From Phycisphaerae bacterium (lineage in GTDB: Bacteria; Planctomycetota; Phycisphaerae; UBA1845), in the NCBI GenBank assembly GCA_963666835.2, contig CAXXGO010000006.1, forward strand, positions 1,664,001 through 1,728,000: a DNA stretch of 64,000 nt, in the 5' to 3' direction. Each line of letters opens with the position of its first letter. The first letter of the stretch is position 1. Positions 52,447-61,362 of the stretch are shown piece after piece. The translations under genes were made by a program, and so were the position numbers. The notes beneath the pieces are model-generated. The model was not told where the DNA came from. It searched no databases and worked only from the letters and a program-made list of their open reading frames with translations.

Positions 52447-52476
52447 ATTATAGCAGAACGGACGTATACGATGCAA
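52447..52476 (-). promoter_or_regulatory. Strong extended -10 promoter
   Basis: TTGCAT-18-TATAAT with TG immediately upstream of the -10. Confidence 0.65.
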
Positions 52477-52646
52477 GGGGATTCCCGGGCAGATTCACCC
52501 GAGTTCTGGATTATCCACAGTTTTCGACGGGAGAATCTCTCGGTCGATTCCGCTGGGCCGCCTCATCCAGGGGGGGGTGGTGTCTGTACGCAATTACCGT
52601 CAAAGAAACAGCCTTCCCCGCCTCTCGCCCACGTGTCCGCCTTCGT

Positions 52647-52790
52647 GGCCGGTCTCGTGCCTCGACCTGCCCTACCGCTCTTCGCACGACACGACCGCTC
52701 GTAGGGCACGGTCGAGGAACGAGACCTGCCGCAAGCGCTCCGCACAACACGACCCTGCTCGTAGGGCAGGGTCAAGGAACGAGACCCACC
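52647..52790. repeat. REP-like cluster 6 (three copies)
   Basis: 52647 reverse, 52701 and 52761 forward; flank ACGTGTCCGCCTTCGTGG shared with 49197-49214. Confidence 0.85.
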
Positions 52791-52878
52791 GTCACCGTGC
52801 TGCGCTTGGGGGGTGTTTCACAAAGAGCCCTGGAGATACCGGTTTGAATGCCTCCCGGCAGTCCTGCTCATCCGGGAT

Positions 52879-52950
52879 TGAGGGTGCTGGGGCTCGAACC
52901 CAGGACCTACGGCTTAAAAGGCCGTTGCTCTACCACTGAGCTACACCCCC
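52879..52950 (-). tRNA. tRNA-Lys (anticodon UUU)
   Basis: GGGGGTGTAGCTCAGTGGTAGAGCAACGGCCTTTTAAGCCGTAGGTCCTGGGTTCGAGCCCCAGCACCCTCA. Confidence 0.95.
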
Positions 52951-53097
52951 GTTCGGTCCGCCGCTGACCCGCATCGTGCCGAAGGTATCGGCGGATACGA
53001 ACCGTAGCGGGCGATCGGTCCGGTCAATATGCACGCCGTTAAGCGCGCGTCAAGGCTGCGAAAACGAGCGGGCCGATAAGGGAGAACTTCCCGTCGG

Positions 53098-53700
53098 CTA
53101 CAGATACCCGAGATCCCGCAGACGCCGCCGGATCATCTCTTCTTCCTCCGGAGAATAGCAGGCCGTATCGACCGGCCCGATCATCCCGAGCACCTCCAGA
53201 GTGGCCAGGGTGTGCTCGACGGACTGCGCCACCGTCATCCGGTCGGTATCCAGCAGAATCTCCGGCTTCAGGGGCTCCTCATATGGGGCATCCACACCGG
53301 CCACGTGCTTGATCTCGCCGCGTCGCGCCTTCTCAAACAGATCCGCCGCCCCGCGCGTCAGCAGCACCTCCATCGGGCACCGGCAATGTACCTCCACGAA
53401 AGCTCCGATTTCCTCGCGGATCCGCTCGCGGACGTCTCGGTAGGGCGAAACGGCCGCGACGACCGTGGTCACCCCGTTGCGATTGAGCAGCCGGCACTCG
53501 TAGCCCAGGCGCAGGAGGTTTGTCTCGATCTCCTCGCGAGTGAAGCCCAAGTGCCGGTTCAGGGTCTGGCGGATCCGCCCGGAATCCAGCACTTCAATGC
53601 GCAGCCCTCGGCCACGAAGGGCCTCGCCCAACGCACGACCCACGGTCGATTTGCCCGAGCCCGAAAGACCGGTGAACCAGATTGTGAAGCTCTTCGTCAA
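53098..53700 (-). CDS. cysC: Adenylyl-sulfate kinase
   Basis: IWFTGLSGSGKST, LGFTRE, VSPYR, FVEVH, G.DAPYEEP. Confidence 0.88.
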   Translation of the reverse strand: MTKSFTIWFTGLSGSGKSTVGRALGEALRGRGLRIEVLDSGRIRQTLNRHLGFTREEIETNLLRLGYECRLLNRNGVTTVVAAVSPYRDVRERIREEIGAFVEVHCRCPMEVLLTRGAADLFEKARRGEIKHVAGVDAPYEEPLKPEILLDTDRMTVAQSVEHTLATLEVLGMIGPVDTACYSPEEEEMIRRRLRDLGYL

Positions 53701-53704
53701 GATC

Positions 53705-55135
53705 TCACCATGCGTTGACGTTCAAGACCGGCCCCCACCACAACACGATAACTGCCAGAACAACGAGCAGCCCCCACACGTTCATCGACCAGCCGATGCG
53801 AACCACATCCCGCACGCCGTAATAGCCCGCCGAAAAGCTGATTGCGTTCGGCGGCGAGCTTATCGGCAGAATGAAAGCCAACCCGGCCGGTACCGTCACC
53901 GCCAGAGTAATCATCACCGGCCCGACGCCCGCCACCTCGGCCAGGGAGTATCCGATCGGCAGGAGAATGGCCACTGCCGCGGCGTTGCTGATTCCTTCGG
54001 TCAGGATGATGCTGACGGTTGCCATCGCCAGCACAATCATCAGCGGCGAAACGGTGGAGTCGATTATTCGGTGAACCAACCACTCCATCGCTTTCGTTTC
54101 GGTCAGCGCCGCCCCGAGGGCTACGGCCCCTCCGTACATCAGCAGAATACCCCAGTTCACGTAGTCCTGCACGGTTTTCCAATCGACGATCCGCAGGACG
54201 AACAGCAATGCGCCGGAAACCATGGCGATCACGGCCAGTCCGACGGTGTGACCCACAGTAATCCATGCTGCGATGGTCACAAGCGTGAGCCCGGCCAATC
54301 GGCGTTCGCGCCCCGACAGGCGCCCGAGTCGCCGCACTCGCTGGTCGAGCATGCGCGTGGCGGGTTTGATGTCGTCAATGTCGTTCGGGATCCGCCGCAG
54401 GGTCAGCACGGCCACGACGGTCATGATCACCACGACCGGGATGCAGGCCGCCATCCAGCTCAGGAAGCTGATCGTTACGGTCGGGTGGGCTTCATGGAGC
54501 AGACTCAACGCCAAAGGGGTGCGGGCTCCGCCCAGGAACGTCCCGACTCCGCCGATGATGGCTCCCCAGGCCAAGCCGAGGAACAGTTTCTTTGCGTAAT
54601 GGCTGCCCCGCGTCAGTCCCAAAGTGGCGGCGATCTCGGTGGCAATTGGGTAGATCATGGCCGCGACCGCATGCTCCGGCATCCACAGCGCCATGAACGA
54701 CGCCGATACGGTGATCCCGACGATCAACCGTTCGGGACTGCTGTCGAACCGCTGTAGCGCCACCAGCGTGATGCGTTTGGAGAGCCCGGTCGAGATCATG
54801 GCCGCGGCCAGTAGGAACACGCCCAGCATAAAGAACACGGCGCTGTTGCCGAACAGACCGAACGCCTCATCTTTCGACAATACGCCTAACAACGGCAACA
54901 AAGCCACGGCGAGCAAACCGGTAGCCGCGAGCGGAATCAGATTCGTGAACCAAAGTGCCATGCAGACCAGGAAGATCCCCAGGCAGCGTTGCGGAGCCTC
55001 GAGGGGCATGTCGCCGGGCAAGCCGTCGGGGAGAACAAATGGCTGGGCCAGGGCGAGCCACGCGGCGACGGCGGCGGCGGCGGCCACGATCCCGAGCTTC
55101 AATGTCAACCGTCGATCCCCGGTCACCACGATCAT
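53705..55135 (-). CDS. DASS/SLC13 sodium:anion (sulfate/dicarboxylate) symporter
   Basis: LWFTNLIPLA.TGL, IGG.GT.LG, EGISNAA, LPISSPPNAI; many TM. Confidence 0.88.
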   Translation of the reverse strand: MIVVTGDRRLTLKLGIVAAAAAVAAWLALAQPFVLPDGLPGDMPLEAPQRCLGIFLVCMALWFTNLIPLAATGLLAVALLPLLGVLSKDEAFGLFGNSAVFFMLGVFLLAAAMISTGLSKRITLVALQRFDSSPERLIVGITVSASFMALWMPEHAVAAMIYPIATEIAATLGLTRGSHYAKKLFLGLAWGAIIGGVGTFLGGARTPLALSLLHEAHPTVTISFLSWMAACIPVVVIMTVVAVLTLRRIPNDIDDIKPATRMLDQRVRRLGRLSGRERRLAGLTLVTIAAWITVGHTVGLAVIAMVSGALLFVLRIVDWKTVQDYVNWGILLMYGGAVALGAALTETKAMEWLVHRIIDSTVSPLMIVLAMATVSIILTEGISNAAAVAILLPIGYSLAEVAGVGPVMITLAVTVPAGLAFILPISSPPNAISFSAGYYGVRDVVRIGWSMNVWGLLVVLAVIVLWWGPVLNVNAW

Positions 55136-55249
55136 CCACCATCCCCGACCGGATATTGCCGTTTGCTCGCGGCATTGTCGCGACTGACGACGATCTGTCA
55201 CCGTGTCGGCCGCTTACTCGGGGTCTCCGCCGCAGCGCGGCAAGCCGGA

Positions 55250-55798
55250 TTATTCACCGTCGTACGTCAGGATCGAGTGAATCGGGTACTTCCCCAACTT
55301 CTCGCGGCCTTCGAGGTACGCCAGCTCGATCAGGAAAGCACACCCGACGATCACTCCGCCAAGATCCTCAACCAACTCGCAGCAGGCCGCCATGGTCCCG
55401 CCGGTAGCCAGCAGATCGTCTACCATCAAGATGCGGTTACCCGGCTGGATGGCGTCCTCGTGGATTTCGACTCGATCTGTGCCGTACTCAAGGTCGTATT
55501 CCTGAGCACGGGTCTTGTCCGGGAGCCGGCCCGCCTTGCGCACGGGAGCGAACCCTGCGGAGAGGCTGCCCGCCACCGCGGTGGCGAAGATAAACCCGCG
55601 GGCCTCTACTCCGACAACCGCATCAACCGCTTTGCTTCGAAACGGCTGGGCGAGGTACTCGACGGCCAGCGACAATCCGGCCGGATTGCGCAGCAGGGGG
55701 GTGATGTCCCGAAACACGATGCCCGGCTTGGGGAAGTCTGGTACGTCTCTAATCAGGTTACGCAGCTTCGTGATTTCAATCTGACCATCCGTTGCCAT
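55250..55798 (-). CDS. apt: Adenine phosphoribosyltransferase
   Basis: IRDVPDFPKPGIVFRDITPLL, EARGF, YDLEYG, VDDLLATGGT. Confidence 0.96.
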   Translation of the reverse strand: MATDGQIEITKLRNLIRDVPDFPKPGIVFRDITPLLRNPAGLSLAVEYLAQPFRSKAVDAVVGVEARGFIFATAVAGSLSAGFAPVRKAGRLPDKTRAQEYDLEYGTDRVEIHEDAIQPGNRILMVDDLLATGGTMAACCELVEDLGGVIVGCAFLIELAYLEGREKLGKYPIHSILTYDGE

Positions 55799-55889
55799 AC
55801 ACGATTCCTCAACGCTTGACGCCATCAAACGACTCCAAGTTAATAACGGAAACCAACACCCACACCACTCCTATTCTCCAATCCCTGAA

Positions 55890-56495
55890 TCACGCCTTAG
55901 CGTTGGGCAGCATCGTTCGGCGAATATACGGACTGTAAATTGCGCCGATCGGGTTATGCGCCAGGACCCGGTCCTTCGCAATCAACGTTGTCACCGGAGC
56001 GCGGGACGTTATCCCGAAGACCGCATCGTGTCCGACGCACAGGCCGCACAGGATGTTGAGCTCCGTCCCGGCCTCGTTCAGCTTCATTGCCTGCCCGGCC
56101 GGGTTGCACATCGTTTCCCTTTCCTTGGCGGAGTCAATCTGCTCGAGGCCGAGCGTGCTTTTGTCGATCCCACACACCTTGCAGCAGACCGAAACGACCT
56201 CGAACTTATCGCCCAGAATCTCCGCGACGATCTCGGCCTCGTCCGCCAGTCCGACGCAGAACGCCAGCCCCAACTTGCGAAACCCCATCTCTTCGGCAAA
56301 CAGCATTGTCTCCCGAATGCGCGGCTCCCGGCAGTAGTGACGTCCTTCGATGGCCGTCGCCGCTTTGTGCAACCGCGCGATTTGCGAGTCTTCATATAAG
56401 GCGCGATGCTGCGCGGTGTCCTCGAAACAGTCTTTGCCCTCGCGGCACTCCCGGGTTCGGCACTTCGCGCAGCGTGGTGACGTTTGTTTGCTCAT
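55890..56495 (-). CDS. DUF1847 metal-binding protein
   Basis: R..E...FA..MG..KLG.AFC.GL, CCKVCG, CNP.GQA, GLCVGHD, KDRVL.HNP. Confidence 0.88.
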   Translation of the reverse strand: MSKQTSPRCAKCRTRECREGKDCFEDTAQHRALYEDSQIARLHKAATAIEGRHYCREPRIRETMLFAEEMGFRKLGLAFCVGLADEAEIVAEILGDKFEVVSVCCKVCGIDKSTLGLEQIDSAKERETMCNPAGQAMKLNEAGTELNILCGLCVGHDAVFGITSRAPVTTLIAKDRVLAHNPIGAIYSPYIRRTMLPNAKA

Positions 56496-56525
56496 TCTCG
56501 TGCCCTTACTCGCACCGACCGTTCA

Positions 56526-57101
56526 TCAGGAAACCAGACCATGTCCGAATGCCTGCGCCCGTGACATTATGGTGGCATCGTTGCGGATGTCGTCGGGCGA
56601 CTTCACCTGGCTTGCTACCATTGCCCCGAGCCATTCGGCCTGGCCGAACTTGGCCATGCGCTGACAGATCTCCTGGACGAGATCTGCGCCGTCGTTATCT
56701 CCGCCGCCACCGGTAATCACGGCCGCCATCTTTCGCCCCTTCAGGAGGCTCTTGATGGTTCCGTCGCCGCCGAATTTGAACATGCAATAGAACCGGTCCA
56801 TGGCCATCTTGAGCGGCCAGGCCGGGGACCAACAGAACACCGGGGTCGCCCAAATGATGAGGTCGGCGGCAAGAGCCTTATCCAGCACCGCGAGCATGCC
56901 GTCGTCGACCGCGCAACCGGGCAGGTCCGGCTTTCTCTGGCAGGAGAAGCACTCCTTGCAGCCGACAAGACCCTCCAACCCGGCCAGGTAGACTGTTTCT
57001 GCTTCTGCTCCGGCTTCCGCTGCCCCGGATAGAACAGAATCCAGGACCGCCTGGGTGTTACCGTGTTCCCGCGGGCTGCCCTGCAGGGCGAGAATGTTCA
57101 T
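56526..57101 (-). CDS. Flavodoxin-like iron-sulfur flavoprotein / NADPH-dependent FMN reductase
   Basis: GSPREHGNT, GCKECFSC...C...D, ATPVF, K..MDR. Confidence 0.85.
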   Translation of the reverse strand: MNILALQGSPREHGNTQAVLDSVLSGAAEAGAEAETVYLAGLEGLVGCKECFSCQRKPDLPGCAVDDGMLAVLDKALAADLIIWATPVFCWSPAWPLKMAMDRFYCMFKFGGDGTIKSLLKGRKMAAVITGGGGDNDGADLVQEICQRMAKFGQAEWLGAMVASQVKSPDDIRNDATIMSRAQAFGHGLVS

Positions 57102-57243
57102 TGCGTTTCCCTCGACGTTGGAGCCTCCGCGGCTATCGCGCCGCCCGTTACGGCGGATATGCTAACACACTCGGTCGCTGTCGGCGAGTCATCGGGTTCC
57201 TGCTGCCGTGGGCCGCTAGTAGGCCGGGTGGCCCATGGCTTTA

Positions 57244-59091
57244 GGGCCTGTCGGTTTAGTCGCAGCAGACGGAGTATGGGTGAGCGATCTCCGTGCGGCT
57301 CGCGCTGTTGCACGGCTACGTTCTCCTCATCCAATCCGTGTCATCGTGGGTGTCCCTGGCAGATCAGACTCCCTATCTTCCCTAATAGAACGGTTTTTCC
57401 TGCGCGCAAGCCCTTTTAGGCCTCTTAAATGGCTTTCACCCGACCCTCGGCGCGCAGAGCTCCCACTATCGCTATCAGTTTCTTTATGTTGAAGGCTGTG
57501 CATGCCCATAACCACTCGGTTCGGACCTTGTCCAATCCACGTAGCAGAAACTGCCGAAGCCCCATTGCATGCTTGATGACTGCGTTGGGAGTCTCCGCCA
57601 GATGCGCCCGCCGTGCGTAGTCCTTCTTACCGGATGCCGTCTTCAGCCACGCCGCAACCTTCTGGCGAAGCGGTTCATGTTGATCATGTGAAACCGTTCG
57701 CCGCTTGCACTTGCCGGATAGACAATCTTCCGCCAGCCTGCAACCCTCACATGACAAACACCGATAGACCCGGTATTCCGAATCGGCGCCGTTCTCACGA
57801 CCCTTCGTCTTGACTTGATCAAACGTCAGCCGGCGACCCTGTGGGCAGTAATAGCAGTCTTCTTCCCGCTGATAAACGAAGGCGGCGCGGTCCAGCTTTC
57901 CCGTCTGACGACGACGAGGAAGCTTAGCCCAGTCCGCCTCCGGCACCGGGGTACTCGGGTCCGAACGTTCCGCCGGATTGTCATCCGGCAACCGCGAAGT
58001 CCCCGTAGGCATCAAAGGTTCAATCCCGCGATCCACCAACGCCGAGAGGTTGCCACCTGTGCCGAACGTCGAATCTGCCACCAACTGCTCGGGTTTCTGA
58101 CCAAAAGCGGATTCAATACGCTCGGCCGTGGGGATTACGGCCTCCGCTTCGTTAATCTCGTTGAGCACGTCCCCATCTACGATCATCCCGCACTCATCAT
58201 CCGCAGCGGCTACCGGATTGTAATTCGGACCATAGCCGCCCTCTTTATTGGGCATGATCGTCGAATCCGGATCGGCCACCGGAACCTTGGCCTTACGTTT
58301 CGAAGTGTTTTGGGACTTGCTATGCTTGGCGTCGATCTTCTTCGCAGCCTCCAAGGCCTTATGAAGTTGTTTCTGACGCTTCTTCAGATCGCCCAACTCC
58401 GACGGCAGGGTGTTGACCGAAACGCTGTCGCCAAACAGATCCTTCTCGCGACGATCTATCTGATCCGCCTCGGCCAGCAACTTATCGATCTGTTCGTCCA
58501 GAACACGTAATCGTTCTTCAAGCGTCTTGGCAGTGGCCGTCGCGTGTGGACTGCTATTCGCTTTAACCCGAGTCCCGTCCAACGCCACCTGATTCAGGCG
58601 TATCAATCCCATTTGCATAGCCACGCGGCCGATCTGTCGGAACAGATCCTTCAGTTCTCGTTTGAACCTCGTGCGGAAATCACAGAATGTCGAATGGTCG
58701 ATGATCCGTCCTTCCGTCAGCCACATGAAGTCAACAGCGTTACCACACGCCCACTCCAGACGCCGACTCGATCGAATCTTGTTGGTCAGACCGTATAGAA
58801 TCGCCCCGGCCACGATCTTGGGGTGAATCGGCGGCTGCCCCACCACCAGAACGTAATGTTGTTCCCAGCTTGCCCAATCCAGTCCATCGAGGATTTCCAT
58901 CAAGAGCCGCACCGAGTGATTCTCGGGGATGCGGTCTCCCAACGTCTCGGGAATCAGGAGTATTTGGTCTCTGGGCAGCGGGGCTCGGTTCCATCTGCTC
59001 ATGCTCGTTGCCTCCCTGCGACGCCTCTCTTCCTGACGCTCGGCCACGAACACCTGCCATCAAGAACCATGCCAATTAAATCGACAGGCCC
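57244..59091 (-). mobile_element. Complete IS1182-family element
   Basis: Terminal IRs GGGCCTGTCG(G/A)TTTA at 57244-57258 and 59077-59091; 4-bp TTTA target duplication at 57240-57243 and 59092-59095. Confidence 0.85.
57425..59002 (-). CDS. IS1182-family DDE transposase
   Basis: LYG....IRSSR.LE, DHSTF..FR, ALDGT.VKAN, DPDS, GYGPNYN, ADS, E.PNA.IK..MG.RQF.LRG. Confidence 0.92.
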   Translation of the reverse strand: MSRWNRAPLPRDQILLIPETLGDRIPENHSVRLLMEILDGLDWASWEQHYVLVVGQPPIHPKIVAGAILYGLTNKIRSSRRLEWACGNAVDFMWLTEGRIIDHSTFCDFRTRFKRELKDLFRQIGRVAMQMGLIRLNQVALDGTRVKANSSPHATATAKTLEERLRVLDEQIDKLLAEADQIDRREKDLFGDSVSVNTLPSELGDLKKRQKQLHKALEAAKKIDAKHSKSQNTSKRKAKVPVADPDSTIMPNKEGGYGPNYNPVAAADDECGMIVDGDVLNEINEAEAVIPTAERIESAFGQKPEQLVADSTFGTGGNLSALVDRGIEPLMPTGTSRLPDDNPAERSDPSTPVPEADWAKLPRRRQTGKLDRAAFVYQREEDCYYCPQGRRLTFDQVKTKGRENGADSEYRVYRCLSCEGCRLAEDCLSGKCKRRTVSHDQHEPLRQKVAAWLKTASGKKDYARRAHLAETPNAVIKHAMGLRQFLLRGLDKVRTEWLWACTAFNIKKLIAIVGALRAEGRVKAI

Positions 59092-59258
59092 TTTAGCCGT
59101 GGGGGACAAGGACTCGCCGGTTGGCCCCGGTCCTCTTGAGTCTGGTGTATGATGCGATCCATGAAGGACCTTTGGAATAGGGCGCATCGGCTCCTTGCGG
59201 GGCTGGGGCCGACGTGCAACTCGATCCTGCGGCTCACGCCGTTGGCCGGGCAGAACTA

Positions 59259-59866
59259 GCGCCCTTGCGGGCTGGTCCCGCGAGCCACGCGGGCGGCACA
59301 TCGTCGTGCGACTCGGGTCATTGCGGCCTTGACGGCAGGTCTCGTGCCTCGACCGTGCCCTACGGCAAGCCCCTTGGGGCGACAGATCCTCTAGTCCCAT
59401 GGCGTAAGCCTGGGAAATCGATTGGTCCCGCGAGCCACGCGGGCGGCACATCTTTGTGCGACTCGGGCCATTGCGGCCTTGATGGCAGGTCTCGTGCCTC
59501 GACCGTGCCCTACGGCAAGCCCCTTGGGGCGACAGATTCTCTAGTCCCATGGCGTAAGCCTGGGAAATCGATTGGTCCCGCGAGCCACGCGGGCGGCACA
59601 TCGTCGTGCGACTCGGGTCATTGCGGCCTTGACGGCAGGTCTCGTGCCTCGACCGTGCCCTACGGCAAGCCCCTTGGGGCGACAGATCCTCTAGTCCCAT
59701 GGCGTAAGCCTGGGAAATCGATTGGTCCCGCGAGCCACGCGGGCGGCACATCGTCGTGCGACTCGGGTCATTGCGGCCTTGATGGCAGGTCTCGTGCCTC
59801 GACCGTGCCCTACGGCAGGCCCCTTGGGGCGACAGATCCTCTAGCCCCATGGCGTAAGCCTGGGGG
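59259..59866. repeat. REP-like cluster 7: 150-bp tandem unit x4
   Basis: REP at 59334, 59484, 59634, 59784; unit also has CCCCTTGGGG and CCCATGGCGTAAGCCTGGG hairpins. Confidence 0.92.
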
Positions 59867-59870
59867 ACCG

Positions 59871-61325
59871 TTACGGAGCCCGGACCATCGGCTTGGCGTG
59901 GGTGACGCTGAAGGGCAGCGAGAGCTTTGGCAGCCCGGCCGCGGCGCGCAGGTCGTTCTGCTCGGAAAGCAGTTGGCGGAAGGACGAGGCGGGAACCTCG
60001 ATAACACTCCCGTCGGCCAGCCCGATCGAGACCATGTCGTACGGGGAGATTCTGGGATTCTGATCCGGATCAGGTGACCAGACCACCAGCCACAGGTTCG
60101 GGTCCGCCGTTGAGAGGTCGATGTCGTGGTAGGTGAAGACGAAGTCGCCCAGTCGATGCGCTGTGGTGCCTTCGGGCAGAGCGCGGGCGGCGGCGGTGGC
60201 GACTTCTTGCCGACGGTCCTCCGACAGGCCTGTGAAGCCACTCAGGTAGATCTCTGCTACCGGTACGGCATCGCGTGCCGTAGTGGTGTCAAACAGAACG
60301 AAATCTGAAGCGAGCACGAAGTAGTCGGCCGCAAGTTGGATCGCATGGGGCGGAAGCTGCCCGTCGTTTACGTCGGCGAATTTCACAATCGACTCGGCAA
60401 TTGCGGCGGTTTCGTCGCGTTGCATCCCCGGATATGGGGCAAACGGACCGGTCCCCGACATGCTGCTGACAAACGCCCAGATGTAGAGGCCCGCCGCTCC
60501 GGCAATAAGAAGGACCGGGACCAAAAGAACTGCGAACGCTGCCCGGAGTCCGCTTACCGTCTGGCCCTCCTTCACTGCCAGGACCGCGCTGACCAGCCAC
60601 CAGATCCAGCCGAAGTACGGTCCAAGGCAAGGGGTGGCCGTGAGGATGTTCGCGCCGGAGCTATAGCAAAGCGACTGGAAGGTCCGGCCTATCACGTCGG
60701 CCGTCGGCCCGGTCAGTCGCAGTAGTCCGTGAACGAATGCCCCCCATATAACGACCAGGATCACGAAGGCGATCGGGATAGCGACGAAAGACGCGCAGCA
60801 TGCGCCCCCTCCCCACAACATTCCGGGTGGCGAAACGCCTCCCATAATCAGACCCAAAATCGCAACAGGGAAGATGAACGTCCCTGTGATGATCAACTGC
60901 GTGAGAACCGCAAACGTCCAACAGGAATTCTCTGGTTCCATTACCGGAGCAAGGCGCATGAGTTGCTGCGGTTTCACCATCGCCCAGCCGACGGTCGACA
61001 ACCAACGCTTAAAGATGTTCGTTCCATCACGCCGCAGCCAGGGCACTTCCTCGGCGGTGGTTCGGTCTTCTTCCACTCCCTCGGTCGGGAGCAGGGTCAT
61101 CTCGTCCATACTGACCGGCTGACCGCACGAGCCGCAGGTGAAGGCCTTAGGGACGAGATGGCCGTTCTCGTCGGTACCGTAGTAGTCCTGGCCGCAATGC
61201 GGACAGCAGAAGCGGACGCTGCTGGGGGCGAAGCGATACTCGCTTGGAAGGAACGCCGTGCCACACTCCGGACACTTCCGCGAGACGAGGTTCCACAAGC
61301 GATAGCCGCAAGTCCTGCAACGCAT
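59871..61325 (-). CDS. YIP1-like membrane protein with N-terminal zinc ribbons
   Basis: CRTC..CPEC..CPHC..CGSC, then PWL..., HGLLRL.G......TFQ.LCYS and about 5 TM. Confidence 0.72.
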   Translation of the reverse strand: MRCRTCGYRLWNLVSRKCPECGTAFLPSEYRFAPSSVRFCCPHCGQDYYGTDENGHLVPKAFTCGSCGQPVSMDEMTLLPTEGVEEDRTTAEEVPWLRRDGTNIFKRWLSTVGWAMVKPQQLMRLAPVMEPENSCWTFAVLTQLIITGTFIFPVAILGLIMGGVSPPGMLWGGGACCASFVAIPIAFVILVVIWGAFVHGLLRLTGPTADVIGRTFQSLCYSSGANILTATPCLGPYFGWIWWLVSAVLAVKEGQTVSGLRAAFAVLLVPVLLIAGAAGLYIWAFVSSMSGTGPFAPYPGMQRDETAAIAESIVKFADVNDGQLPPHAIQLAADYFVLASDFVLFDTTTARDAVPVAEIYLSGFTGLSEDRRQEVATAAARALPEGTTAHRLGDFVFTYHDIDLSTADPNLWLVVWSPDPDQNPRISPYDMVSIGLADGSVIEVPASSFRQLLSEQNDLRAAAGLPKLSLPFSVTHAKPMVRAP

Positions 61326-61362
61326 TAATCCGCTCCCTTTAGCAATGCCGGCGGGGCATGAG

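Noticed and set aside
52511..52519. Perfect DnaA box TTATCCACA as replication origin
   Set aside because: Single box, no cluster, no AT-rich unwinding element and no dnaA/dnaN context
57307..59220. Alternative IS1182 ends GTTGCACG/CGTGCAAC
   Set aside because: Only 8 bp and no target duplication; the 15-bp IRs with TTTA duplication fit better
58999..60077. Repetitive ORFs over the tandem arrays (also 11092-11561, 33574-34376, 40181-40916, 49005-49589)
   Set aside because: They are translations of non-coding REP units, open on both strands, with no RBS or codon bias
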